A DNA stretch of 64,000 nucleotides from the human T2T-CHM13v2.0 reference genome, Homo sapiens, in assembly GCF_009914755.1 (NCBI RefSeq), contig NC_060937.1; one strand, given 5' to 3'. Shown here in pieces: positions 58,961-64,000 of this stretch. Numbering within the stretch: position 1 is the first letter of the stretch; each line of letters opens with the position of its first letter. The translations under genes were made by a program, and so were the position numbers. The notes under the pieces were generated by a model. That model was given only the letters and a program-made list of their open reading frames with translations. It was not told where the DNA came from and searched no databases.

Positions 58961-59477
58961 TTTGTGTATCATTGTGCTTTATCATCCTAACAATTCTGTA
59001 GAATCCATAACAACATCTGTGTTTTTACTGAAAATGTTTGAAAACACGAAAAATTAGAAATTATTTTATCAAGAGGTATTGAAAGTCTTGATTCTACCTT
59101 AAATTTATATAATACCCTATAAGTATAAGCTGCTCTAATATTTTTAACTGCTGCCTTAATTGATCAGTGTAATAAGAAGTTCTATTCTGATTTAAATAAA
59201 GTACAGAAATTTTATTTTAACTTTAATTTATCTTAAAGAAAGAGCAATATTTTGAATATCATTTCAGAAAAATCTAATAGCCCATGCTAAATGCCTATCT
59301 GCTCTTTAGATAATCTATCAATTGTTACAGGTAGAAAGAAGTAGGTTTAATTTAAAAAAAGAAAATGTAATTCATGTTTACTTTAGTTCAGTTTGTTTTT
59401 TTTGGCAAAAAAATCTTTCCTGTATGGATTGCTATGGGATGCACATGCAGAAAAAAACATAAAAGTACAGAAAAAAA

Positions 59478-59660
59478 CATTTATTAAGTGCCAGGCATTT
59501 TCACAAATGTATCTCTAAATCTGCAAAATGAAAGATGATGCCATTATCCCTATTTTACAGATGACAAGACTGAGACTTAGAGAGACTAGTTGATTAACTT
59601 GAACTTACGAAGCTAGTATACAGCAAAGTCAGTATCATGGCCCCCAAATCATGACCTTTC
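59478..59660 (-). mobile_element. MIR
   Basis: catttattaagtgccaggcatttt...attatccctattttacagatgacaagactgagacttagagag. Confidence 0.75.
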
Positions 59661-61379
59661 CATGTTATTACTCCACCTTTAAAACGTGTCTCTAGTGGTA
59701 ATGAGGTTGAGGAACCATTGGTATGGTCCTATCATATAATATTCATAGAACATTTTACTATTGTCAGTGTCTTATCAGAGCTTCACAATTCACTGATGTA
59801 GACAGGGCAAGTGGCATTATAAGTGGGGTAGCGAAAGCCCAGAAAATTATTTACCCCAGAACACAGGGCTGGTAAATTTGGGTGCCATGGACTTTGATTT
59901 TGAGGCAACTGAGTACCATGCAGACATTAGACCAGCAGTTTGTCAGGAATGCTCTTGGTGATTATTGCCATTGCTTCTTCATTCACTCAACCACTATTCA
60001 ATAAATCAAAAGTCCTATGCATACTGCTCTGTTTTCTCCCATCTGTCATTTACCTTCCACTTCTAACATCACTACTATAGTTTAGACAGATCCTTTTCAT
60101 CTCAGATGCAGATTATAATAAACTTCTCACAGTTCCCACAGCCTCATATCTCTTCCTACCCACACCTTGGTTTCCATTGCCACCAATTTAACCTTTCCTA
60201 ACCTCCTCCCACACCTTTTCTCAGCACAAAACCCAAAAATGTTGACAGCAAACTTTGCCATCATCAGGAAGATAGATAGGCACCTTCCACTTTCCCCAAT
60301 CAAAAGCCAGTAATGCTCTAAAAAGAAAAAAATAAGTAAGTGTGGTTTAATCTCTTCTGGTAGTGTAATGATTGAGAAATCTATAAAGATTAAAGTTATT
60401 TCCTAATTAACTTATTTATTATTTATTAATGTTATTTATTAAGTTTATTATTGTTATTTATTAATGTTATTATTTATTATTTATTATTATTTATTAATTT
60501 AGCAATATTTATTAATGTTATTCAACGAATATTGCAATTATTTTCTTAAAAATGCAATGGTCAGTCCAGTCACAGAATAAGGAAAAGAAGAAAGAAAAGA
60601 GGAGGAACAAAGGAGGTGGCACAGGGAGGATGGGTCTCATGAGAGCAAATCAAAGACAGATTGATGAGTAAGAACAGGACAAACCAAGAAATTAAGAGAG
60701 AAAATGACAGCACATCATATCTAAAGAAGAAAGAAAAGGACAGTACTGAAAAGAGGAGATGAGATAAGCCCATTAGGGCCTCTACTGTGGGTAAACCACG
60801 TCTTTCATATCCTGGCACTTATTTAGAGGGTTATTTTCTTTCTTTACAGTTACTTGAAATAGCACTAGCAAAATAAATCCAGTTTACAGCTCTTTGAGTG
60901 CTATATTTTCAAGTCTTCAGAAGCTTGCAGTGAGATCATTATGACCTACCAGAAGGAATTATTCCTTAGACTGCTTAACATAGCAGATGGCACAAGCTCA
61001 CCTTGAGGCTTAATCTTCACCCTGAGAGTAAAGTTGCAGTTATCCAGTTTAGTATTCCATTGAATAAGAAATTTAATAAGAAATAAGTTTGGGATGGTTT
61101 ATCTATTAATACTGTACCTTATCCACTGCTGCGTCCCCACAGAATCCTTTTGGTTGAGTCTTTCAGAGACCACCTTACTGACTAAATGATGATTTATAGC
61201 ACTTCAGTGAAAAATACTTTCAGAAGATCTTCTGTTACTTAAGAAATGGCTGCGATATCAAATGTCAACACTTTATAGAATTGACAATATTGACTTACGG
61301 TCCCTAGGACCTGCACTTAGAGCTCAATCATTTCTTTTCATTCACTTATCACAGTTTGTCTTTTCTTTGATAATTCTCA

Positions 61380-62790
61380 ACGTCATTTTACATATTTATT
61401 TTGTCATATTGTGCCCTTTAGTATAATGTTGGATGGAAGCAGTAGAGCAGGCATTTTTGTCTTTTTCTCATTGAAAAGGAAAATATTATAATGGTCCCCC
61501 ATTTAGAATAATGTATACTATAAGATTCTAGTAACATTTTATCAGGTTAAGAAAACATTTAGTTTGAGAAGAGATTTTATCAGGAATAAGTATTAAACAT
61601 TTTAAAAATTTCTGCATTTATTGAACGTATTACATAATCTTTTCCTTCAATCTGTTAGTGTAATGAATTGCATTTTTAGATTTACTAGTGTTAAGCCACC
61701 CATATATGCTTGAAGAAACTTACTTGTTCATGATGTAATTTTATAAATTGCTGGATTAAATTTAAGAATATTTCATTTTAGTATTTTTGCATGTATATGG
61801 GGCTTTAAATCTGTTTATTTTTAGAATCAAGTTTATAATGGCCTCATTAATTGAGTTGAGGTACTATCTTCCTTCTTTAATCTGTAAACTTCAAATAAGA
61901 TTGACATAATTTAATTTTGTAGGTTTGGTAAAATTATAAATCTACCTGTATGTATGTAGCTAGATTTTGGCCTATTGTTTGGCTTCCTTAAATGGTTATT
62001 TCTTCTTAAGTTTTATTAATGTATTTTTTCCTAAGAAAGTTGTGTATATTATCTACATTTTCAAAATAATACTGTAAATTAATTATATTATCATAAAATT
62101 CTTAAAAGTCTCTATTGCATGTCTATTTATGTCTCCATTTTATTACTAATAATGTTCTTCTATCCTCTCTCTCTCTGTCTGTCTCTTTTCCTTTTCTCTT
62201 TCAATTTATCTTTCCAGAAGTTTGTATATTTTATTCAAGTTTTTTTTTAAAAAAAGCTATGTTTGGTTCTGACTTTTCAAAAAAAAAGAATAGAAATTTT
62301 TGGAAATTTCTATTCTTTTTATTTTCTATTTCATTAATTTCTGTTTTTGCCTCAGACTTACCTTCCAGTTGGCTAATTCTCTCTATATCTATTTGCTACT
62401 TAACTCATCCACTGAGATTTATTTTGATAACTATATTTGCATTTTGAGAAGATCTGTGTGGAGTTTTTTTATATTTATCTTTGACTTTCTATCATGCTTT
62501 ATTTTTTCTTCATATAGTTTCTTTTTTATATATTTAATAATTTAGATATTTATTTTATAATCTTTGTTGCAGTTTTATTATTGAAGATCTAAGGTCCAGA
62601 TCTTATGTTTTTCGCTTCAACTGCTTCTTGTTCATGGTATATTACTTCCTTGCATATTATAATTTTGTCTTATGAATTGACTTTCAATGAGATTTTATAT
62701 GTAGAAAGCCTATACAATCCTAGTTCAGGGATTAAACCCTGAGAGTAGTTTTGCTTTTATATTTGCTAGGGTCGATTTCTATGTTATGTT
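61380..62790 (-). mobile_element. Ancient L1 (L1ME-like) fragment
   Basis: T-rich L1 antisense motifs (agtataatgttggatggaagcagtagagcaggcat, tttatcaggttaagaaa, ttgctggatt). Boundaries approximate. Confidence 0.6.
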
Positions 62791-63386
62791 TTCTTTTTTA
62801 ATTTGAGGAGTTCCAGTGCCAAATAATGTGAATTAGGACTCCAAATCTGTGTATTAGAGAGGCCTATTGAGACATTTTTTCCCCGTCCAGAATTTAGGCA
62901 GAAACAACAAGCTCCATAAGAGGATGGGTTTTTATTCTAACTCACACATCTCCTCTGGTATCCAGACTTTATTCGTGGGGTTTCAGTTTCAAATTTCCAC
63001 TTTACATCACCTGTTCCTGTGTGGGCAGTCAAATGCAACCCACTCAGGACAGCCACAGTATTAGCTCATTTAGCTAGTACTCTATTTTTTTTTCAATTCT
63101 GTCTTGTGAGAGTATTTCTTACTTTATTGTAAAACCTCCATTTAAAAGAGTTTCTATTATATTTGCAGAGTTTGTGAGAGGAAGGTTTTCAAGTATATCC
63201 TTCAAAATATTGCTGTTATAATTCACTAGAAAAGCTTTTATTGAGTGAAAATAACATGTGTCCAGAAGTGTTTTCTGCATTGGTGCTTATGGACTACTCT
63301 TCTAATACTAAATTGCCATTTGTACCATCAGTTCTCATGTCAGGAATACCATGGCTGAGTCAAAGATGGGGCAACTAAACTTTTTA

Positions 63387-63466
63387 TTAGGTTGGTACAA
63401 AAGTAATTGCGGTTTTGGCCATTGAAGGTAATGGCAAAAATAGCAATTACTTTTGCATCAATCTAA
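63387..63466. mobile_element. MADE1 (Hsmar1-derived MITE), full length, 80 bp
   Basis: TTAGGTTGGTACAAAAGTAATTGCGG ... GCAATTACTTTTGCATCAATCTAA palindrome with a TA duplication on both sides. Confidence 0.95.
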
Positions 63467-64000
63467 TATTTTGTGAGACAAATGCTCTTAAAAGCTTTAA
63501 TTTCTAGACATGACCTTTTTGGCAAAGTGATTTAATTATTATGCAAATCCCGTTTTTCTTTTATTGTACTGAAACTTATCCAAGTCAAGCCCAAAATAGA
63601 TTATTTGAAGTCTTATTTTAATTAATCCCATTGTATTGTTTCCCACAATGCATTATTCACATAGACAAAATCTCACCATTAAGGTGTCAGTGGGCACAGA
63701 AAATTACCATTATAAACCAAATTCCCATGTGAAAAGGACAAGAGCACTTGGCAAAGCAGGAAAAATTGGGCGATGACTGAAACAGCTTACTTCTCATAGA
63801 TCATCAAGGATTGCTAGTGACTGAGATTCAATGAAGGGGGAAAGTCAACAAATTTAATTTGGAACCAGTGAATAAAATAGATGCAGTACTTCTTCAACAG
63901 CACATTTAAAAATATATGTTTTAATATAAAGCATCTGAAAAACTCTTCGTCGATATGCTTTTTTGGTGTCTCAGTTGAAAAGAGTCTAGGCCAGGATTTG

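Overview
Human (primate) genomic DNA, AT-rich and CpG-depleted. It lies inside the FREM2 gene (FRAS1-related extracellular matrix 2) on the + strand. Four coding exons are readable (37030-37176, 42304-42534, 55795-55920, 57277-57528; probably exons 3-6, numbering from memory). They splice in frame via GT-AG introns into two consecutive Calx-beta repeats. The rest is intron filled with Alu (about 21 copies, mostly antisense), L1, L2, MIR, LTR and DNA-transposon relics, microsatellites and a U6 snRNA pseudogene. Nearly all ORF-track entries are Alu/L1 or low-complexity artefacts. I found no evidence of a new gene system. The most unusual structure is an L1 3' end + U6 pseudogene (lacking the ACAGAGA box) + 56 nt unidentified segment + A-tail, apparently bounded by one target-site duplication (TSD). 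Several testable splicing and regulatory candidates surround the exons. Repeat subfamily names come from recalled consensus sequences, not from a search.
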